Below, piece after piece: positions 27,660 to 37,893 of a stretch of 64,000 nucleotides of DNA. The notes below the pieces were generated by a model that did no database searches, was not told where the DNA came from, and saw only the letters and a list, made by a program, of their open reading frames with translations. The position numbers and the translations under genes are program-made. The stretch is from the NCBI GenBank assembly GCA_028023455.1, contig JAQFVV010000006.1:7316001-7380000 (forward strand). Direction: 5' to 3'. Each line of letters begins with the position of its first letter. Position 1 is the stretch's first letter. This DNA is from Epiperipatus broadwayi (lineage: Eukaryota > Animalia > Onychophora).

Positions 27660-27677
27660 TGGCGCGCAACGTGGTCG
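27660..27677 (+). promoter_or_regulatory. Primer-binding site, tRNA-Lys(CUU)-like
   Basis: TGGCGCGCAACGTGGTCG versus the known tRNA-Lys1,2 PBS TGGCGCCCAACGTGGGGC (14 of the first 15 match); 4 nt (ATTT) after the LTR end. Confidence 0.8.
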
Positions 27678-28269
27678 GCTCGATATGTTAGGGTTACAAT
27701 TTAAACGGCCCGATATGTTGAGGTTATATAGTCATTATAAGTGTGCAATTACAGTTTTTAGCATTTTATAAACATGCGACTTGATTAATTGATTGTTGCA
27801 GAGTACAATATGGTAATGTGTGAACTGAATTAATTAATGATTGTTGATTACAATTTTAATTTCCCATATTACAAGAATATTATCATGTGACAAATGCTCT
27901 ATCATGGTGATAAAATATTGTATGTTTTATTGCTATATATTTCTCCAAATTACTTATATAGATTTCTGATGACCATAGCAATCGTATTCCAGGATATACC
28001 AATATTTATGATTGAATTGGGAGAAGTTGAAATTATCAAGGGTTGATAAAGTAGTTGTTGTAATACTGCAAATATTTGAAGTGGGGGTTCAGATTATTTT
28101 AGTGTGAATGTGATATATACCATCTGGGATAGATTATTGGTGGTGAAGATTTAGTGGTTGGTCGGCTTGAACAAGATTTTAATTGATCATTGTTATTAAA
28201 ACACATATTTTAGGAAAGTAAAAGTTTGGTTTCACAAAATATTGAAATAGTTGTTATAAAATACTCAAA

Positions 28270-30324
28270 ATGAGTGATTCTGAAGAACTTAATTATCCTG
28301 AGACAACTCAAGAAGTTCCTGATTTTGATTTCCAACAACGGTTTATGATAATGCTTCAACGCATAGAGATTGGAATGAATGAACAGTCTCTAAAATTGAA
28401 TGAACAATCTCTTTCCCAAAAAGAGATGTTAGAGTCTCAAAAAGAGGTGACTGAAAAATTGAATGAACAGACTGAAAAATTGAATGAACAGTCTATTTAT
28501 CAAAAAGAGATGACTGAAAAATTGAATGAACAGTCTATTTCTCAAAAAGAGATGACTGAAAAATTGAATGAACAGACTGAAAAATTGAATGAACAGTCTA
28601 TTTATCAAAAAGAAATGTCTGAAAAGTTAGATAGTTTCGAGAATAAAATGGCTGAAGTTCAGGAATTTGTGAAAGAAAAAATAGAAGCTGCTAGGATAAA
28701 AACAGTGGAGGAATTTAATCAAAAATTTCAATCCTTAGAGAGTAGTTGTAAGGCAGCTAAAGGGGAATCCGATATTAAATTAGAAGAAATTAAGGCTAAT
28801 TTCTTCGATTATAAAAAGCACTTAGAAGTTCAGATAGAAGAAATTGGAAATAAGTTTATAACCCACGAGGAGAATGTAGACACTAAACTGAAGGTGCTTG
28901 ATGTGGCAATGGGAGACTCAAGGAGTCAGTTGGCACAAATAGTTAGTGAAATGAACTATAAAGTTCAAGAAGTAGAGTCTCAATCTGCTAAATCTATTGA
29001 TAAAATTAAAACTGAAATGGAATTTAAACTTCAGAATATGAATGAGAGTCAGTCAACTTTTGAACAAGGCACATTTAAATCCATGAGTGAATCTGTAACA
29101 GAGAGCAGAGCAGAATTGGGTAGCATTAAAAAGATTTTGGAGGAAACTATCAATAGGTCTAAAGTCGAAAATAAAGAATTAAAAAAGACTAATGCTAAAT
29201 TTAGTGGAGATTTAGAAATGATGCAAAAAGAGTGGAAGGAAGTGAGGGATAAAGGTCAAGAGTGGCCAAATGAATCAAATGAGTTTAAAGAAGGGCAGAA
29301 ACTAGAGGCAATGATTGAAAATCTTCAGCTAAAAATGTTAGAAATTCAAAAGGCTCAAGAGAATAATGATAATTTCATTGGTAAAAACACCAAGTATTAT
29401 GTAGATGGGACAGAGACCTCTGTTAAAGAAGTAGTTGTATCAGACGGTAATTTTACTGGTATCCGCACAACTCCCATTTTCCAAAAACCACTAGGAATTG
29501 AATCTGTGACTAATGATGTCAAGAACACAGATATGTCTATGGGTGGATCTACAGCTCTTAAATTTCTAAAGATTAAGCCATTTAAAGGGGAGTATTTGGA
29601 AAACCCTTTAGAATTTCTTCAAAATCTGGAGGAATTGTTTACTTTATGCGCATTTTCAGAAAGAGAAAAACTGGCTATCTCCAGCAACCATCTTTATGCT
29701 GCTGCAAAAGATTGGTGGCAGTCTTTGTTTGATTGTCCTCAAACATATGGAGATTTTAAACATTTAATAATGTCAAGTTTCTGGGGTGAGGATCGTCAGG
29801 ATAACATGCGTTATCAAATCACTCGAGAAAAGTATAATGCTAATAAAGGTAGCTATACTCAATTTTTTCGTGGACAGGCGGTCAAACTTAAAACTTTAAC
29901 TGCTTTCCCATTATCTGAGCATCATATAGTCAGGATCTTAAGACATAACTTACCTCGACAGATTGAACAAGTTTTGATTGCTGCAGATAAGTATACAATT
30001 GATGAGGTGTCAGAGATCTTAGATGCACTTGAGACAAGTGAATGTGACTTGGAAAACAGATATAGAGGTGGAAAGGAGGCTAGAGCTTCTCATAACTGTT
30101 CCATGGCTAATGTTAATGTTGCTCCAATAAGAAGTCCTTATCGTGATAACAGATACCAGAGTAGGAGTCGTAGTTATAAACGACCAAAATTTTATAATAG
30201 AGTTAATGGTCAACCTAGTCTAATTAATAAGACCCAAGATAGAAATCAACCTTCTGTTAGTGGAATTAAACCACCTCACACAAAGGATATTAAGACAAAT
30301 GTTAAAAGTAGTACATTAAACTAG
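28270..30324 (+). CDS. gag: Gag polyprotein (684 aa): long coiled-coil N-terminus plus Ty3/Gypsy capsid domain, no CCHC knuckle visible
   Basis: Uninterrupted ORF; capsid-like segment IKPFKGEYLENPLEFLQNLEELF...AAKDWW; lies after the PBS and before pol. Confidence 0.92.
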   Translation: MSDSEELNYPETTQEVPDFDFQQRFMIMLQRIEIGMNEQSLKLNEQSLSQKEMLESQKEVTEKLNEQTEKLNEQSIYQKEMTEKLNEQSISQKEMTEKLNEQTEKLNEQSIYQKEMSEKLDSFENKMAEVQEFVKEKIEAARIKTVEEFNQKFQSLESSCKAAKGESDIKLEEIKANFFDYKKHLEVQIEEIGNKFITHEENVDTKLKVLDVAMGDSRSQLAQIVSEMNYKVQEVESQSAKSIDKIKTEMEFKLQNMNESQSTFEQGTFKSMSESVTESRAELGSIKKILEETINRSKVENKELKKTNAKFSGDLEMMQKEWKEVRDKGQEWPNESNEFKEGQKLEAMIENLQLKMLEIQKAQENNDNFIGKNTKYYVDGTETSVKEVVVSDGNFTGIRTTPIFQKPLGIESVTNDVKNTDMSMGGSTALKFLKIKPFKGEYLENPLEFLQNLEELFTLCAFSEREKLAISSNHLYAAAKDWWQSLFDCPQTYGDFKHLIMSSFWGEDRQDNMRYQITREKYNANKGSYTQFFRGQAVKLKTLTAFPLSEHHIVRILRHNLPRQIEQVLIAADKYTIDEVSEILDALETSECDLENRYRGGKEARASHNCSMANVNVAPIRSPYRDNRYQSRSRSYKRPKFYNRVNGQPSLINKTQDRNQPSVSGIKPPHTKDIKTNVKSSTLN

Positions 30325-33300
30325 AGGGGGCCTCATGGAAAAGTTCCTCGCTGTGGGTGCCTGTTGCTAACTTGGGGAGGAACCATATAGACAATGAAGA
30401 AGCATATGTAAATAGTATAGACCTTAATATTGATCTGTTGGAGCCTTATGAGGTTGTGGACCCTCCTATATTATATAGTTGTCCTATTGTCAAAATTTAT
30501 ATTGAAGGTGTTCTTGTTAATGCTTTGGTAGACTCTGGAAGTCAGGCATCAATATTGTCCTCGATTGTTTATGATAAAATTGTGGATGCAAACAAATCTG
30601 TACCTTTGCTTCCTGTAAAACCAATTCAGGTTACGCTTGCAAATGGGAGAAAAGCAAAACTTATGAATAAGCAAACCTGGCTTAATGTAAAAATTGGTGA
30701 ATCTGAATTTGGACATGTTTTCCTAATAATGCCCGATCTTATTCATGAAGTTATCATTGGTTCTGACTTCATGAGTTTAAATAAATGCAATATTGATTTT
30801 AAAAACAAACTTTTTGCCTTTAATAATGATTCTTGTCAATTTTATGATAATATAGATGTTCAATTGAATCAGTTAATGGTCATACACGATACATCAGTTG
30901 AATTGAACATAAAAATTAAATTAGATGATTCTAACATTTTGGATATTGATTATAAAGAACAATTACATCAATTGATGATCCAGTACAAGGATATATTTTC
31001 AAAGATACCAGGTATTATTGGAGGATACGTCCATCGAATCAAACTCAAGGATGAAGCACCATTCCAGCAGCGATCATACCCCATTCCATACCAATACCAG
31101 GCAGAAGTACAGCAGCAAATCAATAAAATGATTGAATGGCATATTGTCAAGAAAAGCCCTTCAGCCTATGTCAATCCTCTTGTGATTGTAAGAAAAAGAA
31201 ATGGATCAGTTCGGGTGTGCCTAGATGCACGTGCACTTAACCAATTAACCATTCCAGAACGTGACGTACCACCACCTATTCATGAACTTTTGATCAAATT
31301 CAAGGGCAAATATATTTTTTCAACTTTTGACTTGACGGCCAGTTACTGGCAAATTCCATTGCATACTGATGACCAAAAGTACACTGCTTTCCGTTTTGAA
31401 GGCCAATCCTATGTTTTTGAAAGGATGCCTTTTGGTTTGATTAACAGTGGAGCAGGACTTATTAGGTGTTTAGATAGAATTTTTTCCACTCAATTAAAGA
31501 ATAAAATAATTATGTATGTGGATGATATCGTTATTGCGTCTGCAGACATCTATGAACATTTAAATGATTTGGGTTTATTCTTTTTTGAATGTCACACTAA
31601 TAATATAAAAATTAATTTGGAAAAATGTACATTGGTAGCCACTGAGATCACTTTTCTGGGGCATCTGGTCAGTGATCAGGGAATTAAACCCCATCCGGAT
31701 AAAGTGACAGCCATTCAAAACTTTCCTATCCCTAAAACTAAGAAACAGCTTAAATCATTCCTAGGCTTGTGTAACTATTATCACAAATTTTACCAAGATT
31801 TTTCTAATGATACCATGTCACTGTCATTATTATTAAAAGGAAATGTGAAATGGAAGTGGAACAATGAGCATACATTAGAATTTAATAAGATAAAGGCTAC
31901 ATTCTTAAAAAAGGTCATTTTGGCTTATCCAGATTTTGGCAAGATATTTTACTTACAGACTGACAGCAGTAATTTTGGATTAGGAGTAGTTCTATACCAA
32001 TTAGATGATTTTCAGAAACCTCAAATTTTGTACTTTTTGAGCAGGCGTCTAAAGGGGCCTGAACTAAATTACTCTGTTACTGAAAAGGAAGCCTTAGCTG
32101 TAGTCTGGGCTTTCCAGAAACTCCGTCAATTTTTGCTGGGATCAGAGGTTGTGGTTTTAAGTGATCATAGGAGCTTAGAGTTCCTTAATAAAAGTTATTT
32201 AAACAACGAAAGGTTGGTAAGATGGAGTCTTTATCTCCAACAGTTTCAATACAAAATTCAATATTATGAGGGAGGTAAAAATGTCATAGCAGATGCTTTG
32301 AGCCGTAACCCTGTAGATTCATTGTCTTTTCATCCCAACCATCACAATATTGTAATTACAAATATTGAGTTAGTTACAGATGAAACTATTGAAGGTGATT
32401 ATAAGAACCTTGCAGTAGAACAGTCTCAAGATGTGAAATTTGGAAGAATAATTAAATTACTATCTGATCCTACTGTACCCATAGGCCAGAATAGGAACAT
32501 TACCCGAATTAAAAGTAGATACAAATTATATCAGGGCATGTTGATGTATCAGACTATACCTAACAAGGATAGCTCGTGGAAGGTAGTGATCCCTAGGTCT
32601 ATGACTAATCGGCTAATCTCTTATGTTCATTGCAAATATGGTCATTATGGCTCACCAAAATTAGAGCACATATTAAAAAAATATTTTTACTGGTCAAACA
32701 TGTATACATCAATTGTAAGTCAATTAAGACACTGTGAGATTTGTCAGAAGTCAAAACATTCTGGAAAATCACATGCTGGGATACTTCAACCTATTCTTCC
32801 AGGGGGACCTAATGAGATATTATCATTAGACTTCTATGGACCTCTTCCACCCTTTAATAAACAAAAATTCATCCTAGTTACCTATGATTTATTTACTAAA
32901 TATGTATGTGCATATCCTGTTCCTAAGACTGATGCAAAAAATGTCATTAAAAGTCTTAGCAATAGTCAATTTCCTTTGGTGGGAAAACCTATGTCTATTC
33001 TTACGGATCATGCTACTGCTTTTATTTCCAGCACATGGAGAAAGTGGATTAGAAGACAGAATATCCGACATATAATGAGTTCTATAAGAAATCCGCAATC
33101 CAATCCGTGTGAAAGGGTGATGCGGGAATTGAGTAGGCTATTTCGTGTCTATGTAAAGGATAATCACCGGTTGTGGGTAAATAAGTTGCCTGAAGTTATA
33201 AATTACATAAACATTACCATGAATGAATCCACAAAATTTGCTCCTATTAGGCTTCAATTTGGAATACAGGAGCCATTACTAATTAAAACTCCTTTACCCA

Positions 33301-33614
33301 TCATTCTAGAAGAAATAAATAGTGATCTTGATATAGAAAAAGCCAGACGGAATTTAAGAAAAATGGGCCAAAAGCGCTCTAAACAGTATAAAGGTAAACC
33401 ACACCCTTTTAAGGTCGGAGATTTTGTATTTGTCCATACTCCTCATGTTAGCAACTTAAAGAAAAACGAATTTAGAAAATTTTTAAGCTTGTATAATGGA
33501 CCTTTCATGATTGAAAGCCAGGTGGGAGAGAATGCATTTATGCTCTCAACCCCTGAAGGAATCCGAGGCACCTACAATGCACGTAGTTTGAAACCTGTAC
33601 CTTCAATAAATTAG
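30312..33614 (+). CDS. pol: Pol (protease, RT, RNase H, integrase with GPY/F motif), in the -1 frame relative to gag
   Basis: ALVDSGSQAS (protease), MPFGL and YVDDI (RT), LQTDSS / EKEALA / DHRSL / ADALSR (RNase H), HxxxGH...CxxC and DDE core (LDFYGP, TDHATAF, NPCER), YNGPF; the frame is open from 30312 (previous stop TAG 30309-30311); track ORF starts at GTG 30357. Confidence 0.96.
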   Translation, partial: YIKLEGASWKSSSLWVPVANLGRNHIDNEEAYVNSIDLNIDLLEPYEVVDPPILYSCPIVKIYIEGVLVNALVDSGSQASILSSIVYDKIVDANKSVPLLPVKPIQVTLANGRKAKLMNKQTWLNVKIGESEFGHVFLIMPDLIHEVIIGSDFMSLNKCNIDFKNKLFAFNNDSCQFYDNIDVQLNQLMVIHDTSVELNIKIKLDDSNILDIDYKEQLHQLMIQYKDIFSKIPGIIGGYVHRIKLKDEAPFQQRSYPIPYQYQAEVQQQINKMIEWHIVKKSPSAYVNPLVIVRKRNGSVRVCLDARALNQLTIPERDVPPPIHELLIKFKGKYIFSTFDLTASYWQIPLHTDDQKYTAFRFEGQSYVFERMPFGLINSGAGLIRCLDRIFSTQLKNKIIMYVDDIVIASADIYEHLNDLGLFFFECHTNNIKINLEKCTLVATEITFLGHLVSDQGIKPHPDKVTAIQNFPIPKTKKQLKSFLGLCNYYHKFYQDFSNDTMSLSLLLKGNVKWKWNNEHTLEFNKIKATFLKKVILAYPDFGKIFYLQTDSSNFGLGVVLYQLDDFQKPQILYFLSRRLKGPELNYSVTEKEALAVVWAFQKLRQFLLGSEVVVLSDHRSLEFLNKSYLNNERLVRWSLYLQQFQYKIQYYEGGKNVIADALSRNPVDSLSFHPNHHNIVITNIELVTDETIEGDYKNLAVEQSQDVKFGRIIKLLSDPTVPIGQNRNITRIKSRYKLYQGMLMYQTIPNKDSSWKVVIPRSMTNRLISYVHCKYGHYGSPKLEHILKKYFYWSNMYTSIVSQLRHCEICQKSKHSGKSHAGILQPILPGGPNEILSLDFYGPLPPFNKQKFILVTYDLFTKYVCAYPVPKTDAKNVIKSLSNSQFPLVGKPMSILTDHATAFISSTWRKWIRRQNIRHIMSSIRNPQSNPCERVMRELSRLFRVYVKDNHRLWVNKLPEVINYINITMNESTKFAPIRLQFGIQEPLLIKTPLPIILEEINSDLDIEKARRNLRKMGQKRSKQYKGKPHPFKVGDFVFVHTPHVSNLKKNEFRKFLSLYNGPFMIESQVGENAFMLSTPEGIRGTYNARSLKPVPSIN
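30315..30321 (+). promoter_or_regulatory. Probable -1 ribosomal frameshift site A TTA AAC immediately before the gag stop
   Basis: The gag/pol frames overlap by only 13 nt (30312-30324), and this is the only slippery-like heptamer there; one mismatch from UUUAAAC. Confidence 0.65.
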
Positions 33615-33754
33615 GGGGATTTATATCGTATAAATGTTATACCATATTCAGATTGATGATAAATTATAGATAGGATAATAAAAATAGTGACTTATGATGT
33701 ACCTTAGTAGAATTTGATTAAATGGAATTCTAAAGAAAGATAAATTTTTTCCGT

Positions 33755-33761
33755 AGGGGGG
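33755..33761 (+). promoter_or_regulatory. Polypurine tract
   Basis: AGGGGGG shortly before the 3' LTR, separated from it by TGTAAAC. Confidence 0.7.
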
Positions 33762-33768
33762 TGTAAAC

Positions 33769-36700
33769 TGTAACCATATATTTTAGTATAAAATATATTA
33801 ATTGATGTAACTAGTATAAAAATTTCTCTTTCTTCTTTTGGTGATTTGATTGGCTTGAGCTGCACTTTGAACAGATTACTTTCTTATATTATTTTAATAA
33901 ATTTAAATTTGCTTCTTCCCATATACTAACTCATATCAAAATGTTTAACTTTTTAAAAATTTGACAACACATTAAAATTTGGTAAAATATTATTAAAAAT
34001 AATATTTTATTTTTATTTGTTTAAAATGATCTTAAATTATTATTTCTATTGAATTTAAAAAACCATTTGTTCAATTAAAATTAATTATTAAAAATAAATA
34101 CAGTAATTACGTATGCGTCTCAATGTAATAAAAGAAAAGAGCGCGAATTTAAGGGAAGATCGTCTGTTAGTTTGCTTTTGGAGGGAGAAAGAAAAGAAAA
34201 TGGTAAAGGCAAATGGTGTAAATTTGATAAGCTTATTTTAAAATAGTTAATAAGTAAACGGATTACCACAAAATTTGCTATAAACGTAAATATAACATAG
34301 TGGTAATTAATTATAAGATGAATTGCTAAATTTAAAAGTCTGTTCAAGTCGGCTGGCCAAGTGGATCGAATCACCGGTAATAAATTTTCCAATATTACAT
34401 TTTTAAAATGTCGGAGCTTCCCAGTTTAAGTTTGAAAGAATTAAATACAAGATTTTGGTATGTTTTGAAATATTTATTATTCTACAATTTGGAAAAATTA
34501 AATAAGTATTTTAATTACAGAAGTTTTATGAATATGAAAATTTGTTTTTTAAAAAAAAGAAGAATTTTAAGTTAAAGTAAAACGTTAAAGTTATCAAAAT
34601 ATTTTAATATTTCCGTTTTTTAATTCTAATAAAATATAATATTGATTGATATTTAACTTTACAATGCCAGTAATATTTGCTAGTTAATTTGTTTAACATT
34701 TGGATAATAAACATTCTTCAAATAATTAATCAAAGCTATTTTATAATTTTATCGTCGGTTTGAAATGAATAAATTAATTGCTGTAATTAGTATTCCTGGA
34801 TTAACGCGTGGATAAATAAATACTTGCATGGATGTGATAAACTTGGAACACTTTTGATAGAGAAATGTAGAGATTAATAACTTTATGAAAAACATTTTCA
34901 TTTAAATTCTGCGTATCATGTTTTAAAATTGTTTCATGTTTGGGGAGCCACGCAAAATCGTTAATCTAATATTGCTTATAATAACTAATCAAATGGATAG
35001 AATTGCATGTATGGAATTTAACTACAGTTATAGCTATTACCTCGTATACTTATTATTCTACACATCGTACATGGATTCCACGGATCACATTAGGAGTTAT
35101 AAAATGCTATACAATCCAATTTGTGATACACACATCTGCTAAAATTCATGTATTGAACTATAAAATGCTTTACATTTAGTTTTATCACACACACACCGTT
35201 AAATTTTATATATTTGATGAATAATACATTAATTTAATTTTATCGTTATATGAACTTGCATATGAAGTTCATAAGTTATATTTTATTAAGTTTAAATTAA
35301 TAGGGGTTGAATAAAATATTTATTCAAGAGAATAGCGCTTGCGAAAAAGCTTAAACAGTACTAAATGAATTCATGAGATATATCAATCTTTGTGAGATGT
35401 TTTGTGAGTCTTTCCAGATTTATATTCCTATGCCAATATTACTTATATTATATTACACATGTTTATTTTAAGCAAGATAAGTAGTACATTAGTTGTCCTG
35501 ATTAGCGTAACATTTTATTATGCAAGAACCCACATTTGCTAAAGTGTTAGTGTATTCTGAATAGTCAGAAGAACTGAGGAGGATGATTTTGCACTTTAAT
35601 GTGAAGTAAATAATAATGTTGTTTTAGAATGTTAAAGGGCTTTAATCTGTGCTGGTGGTTAATCCGCAGATTATTTTAATTGCCATTTTTGTATTTTACA
35701 CACATTCCTGCGCTGGTGGTTAATCCGCGGAATTGTGTGATTATACGTATTACTTTATGATGGTGTTTAAATACACAAAACGTTTAGTATTATTTAATTC
35801 CTACGTGTAGATGAATGCATCCACAGGAATATGTTTTGCTTCACAGATATAAGTTGGGCAAAGTATTTTAGTTAATCTGCTAAATCATCTTCTTCATTTG
35901 TAAGCATAATTTATCGGTTAGATTATTAAATGGTAACAGGACATTCTATTCAAGTACTTCATAATAATTAACTGTTGGTTGATTATTATTTACCGGAACG
36001 TAAGTTTAAATTGTCACTTTAATTAATGATTACATTATAGCTAAATCATACAGACATCATATTATTTATTATATTATTATAGGTGTACAGTAGGGATTTA
36101 TTGAATCTGGAAATGACGTTCAATATTTCATGAGTTTGATGCTGAATTTCGTATAATCTCATCAATATTCATTATATCAAATTGAAATATAAGGTATGAT
36201 TAGGTTTTTAAAAACTGTACCTATGAGATGTTATTGAAGAAAGTCGATGGAATTATCATTTATTTATTTTATTTGTTTATTTATGTTTTATTTAGAATAT
36301 TGAAATTAATTACTTATTGTTCATAAATTTGTAAATAAACGTTGATTTATAATTAAACTTACTGTGCCGTTGCTATGTGTCATTCATAACATCAGAAATC
36401 ATAAACTTTGGATAGAGCATACATTGAAGAGCATACATTGAATTACATATTATCGTCAACATGATATAAGAGTTTATAAATATTTTTTGAGAAAACATTT
36501 AGATGCTTTTCGTCTTTGGTAGTTTATGATGAGTAAGGTACAATAAAATCCCATTTACCTTTTCCATCATTGTGGCTTTGCGTAGTTGATTCTAGTATAA
36601 AATACAAATTAATTATTAAACTTGTGAACAGATTTACCAAATAATGATATGATTAAATATATTTACTTAACGTTTTTAAATTGTCATTTGTCAGTATAAT

Positions 36701-37346
36701 AAGAGTCTCAGTAATATGATAAACTATAAAATCAGAACCCAAGTATTTATGTTTATTTATTGCAAAGCTTTACCTGGACTAGCATTTGTATTAAAAATCA
36801 TATAGATGGTTTAAAATTTCATAATCTTATGTAGTTCCACAAATTACGCCATCTTGTACATGGTCGGCCATAGGGTCGCATACCATAAAAATCGCAAATT
36901 AAGGTTTAAAAGTAATAACATTGCACTTATAATTTGTTTAATGTGTTTTATAATAATACTATGATAGGTCTTCGCGGTATACCCTGGCTGCGATCAAATA
37001 AATTGTAAAAAGTTTATGTTAGATCATTAGTTTGGTCTATGGTAAGTTGCTCCAGATGTTGATTGTGGTCTTTGGTGCATTAAATAGATAGCATGATATG
37101 TTTTTTGGTTACAGCTCTTAATAGCTGACAATAATTGAGTGAGAGTTGATCAGTGATCAAGGTTACAATTCTTAGTGCACTTATATTACGTAATTGGGAC
37201 CACACAATTTGCGGTTACAATTTTTAGTGCCGCAACGTGTTCATACACGATAGGTAGATGAGGGGCAAGTAGATGGTTACAATTTTAGTTGAAAGGGCAA
37301 TGGCCTTCGATGGCTATAGTTGGCCACGAGAAGATTTACGGTTACA
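33769..37346 (+). repeat. 3' LTR (3578 bp)
   Basis: Direct repeat of the 5' LTR; homology stops exactly at GGTTACA followed by ATAT. Confidence 0.95.
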
Positions 37347-37365
37347 ATATATAGATGATCATTAT

Positions 37366-37893
37366 ATGGAGTTTTACCAATAGCTCCTAACAAGCTTTTG
37401 TTTACATAAACGGCGAGAGAGATAGAATTCAATATTTCTTTTGTTGTCTCCACCTTCAGACCAGCTGTTTTCAAGCTAGTTGGCTCACATGAGGGAAGGG
37501 TAGGGACTAGAAACTAGATCTAAATACTAAATCTAAAATCAGCATTTATGAAACATGTTTCTATCAGTTTGAAAGCATGAATTTTTCAGATACGTAAATA
37601 TCTTCAAATCCAGCTAAACAAACTAGACAGCTATATGGGTCTGAAATCAGTTCAGTTTCACCATATAGTAAAAACCTCTGCAATATATAGCATTGCAAAA
37701 ACCTTCAAGGGTACATTTATGATAAACAAAACAAGTTATAAATTTCATAACTTGCTTTTAGCTTGCATTTTATGATCACTAGATGGAGCTTTACCAATAG
37801 CTCCTAACAAGCTTTTGTTTACATAAATGCCGAGAGAGATAGAATTCAATATCTCTTTCATTGTCTCTACCTTCAGACCAGCTGGCTTCAAGC
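37366..37893. repeat. ~110-bp direct repeat pair just right of the 3' LTR
   Basis: atggag(t/c)tttaccaatagctcctaac...ccttcagaccagctg at about 37366-37475 and 37784-37893. Confidence 0.75.

Larger units (their letters stand above)
24075..37346 (+). mobile_element. Full-length Ty3/Gypsy LTR retrotransposon (13,272 bp), Osvaldo/Woot-like by inference
   Basis: Two ~3.58-kb direct repeats with TGTAACC...GGTTACA termini, ATAT on both sides (24071-24074, 37347-37350), PBS, PPT, gag, pol in PR-RT-RH-IN order, no env; antisense to the host gene. Confidence 0.97.

Noticed and set aside
27468-27728. CRISPR-like appearance of the GGTTACAATT repeat-spacer array
   Set aside because: The repeat is only 7-10 nt, spacers vary from about 20 to 55 nt, the context is eukaryotic, there are no cas genes, and the repeat is the retroelement's own terminus.
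33615-33768. Possible env or extra ORF
   Set aside because: Only 154 nt lie between the pol stop and the 3' LTR; no ORF.
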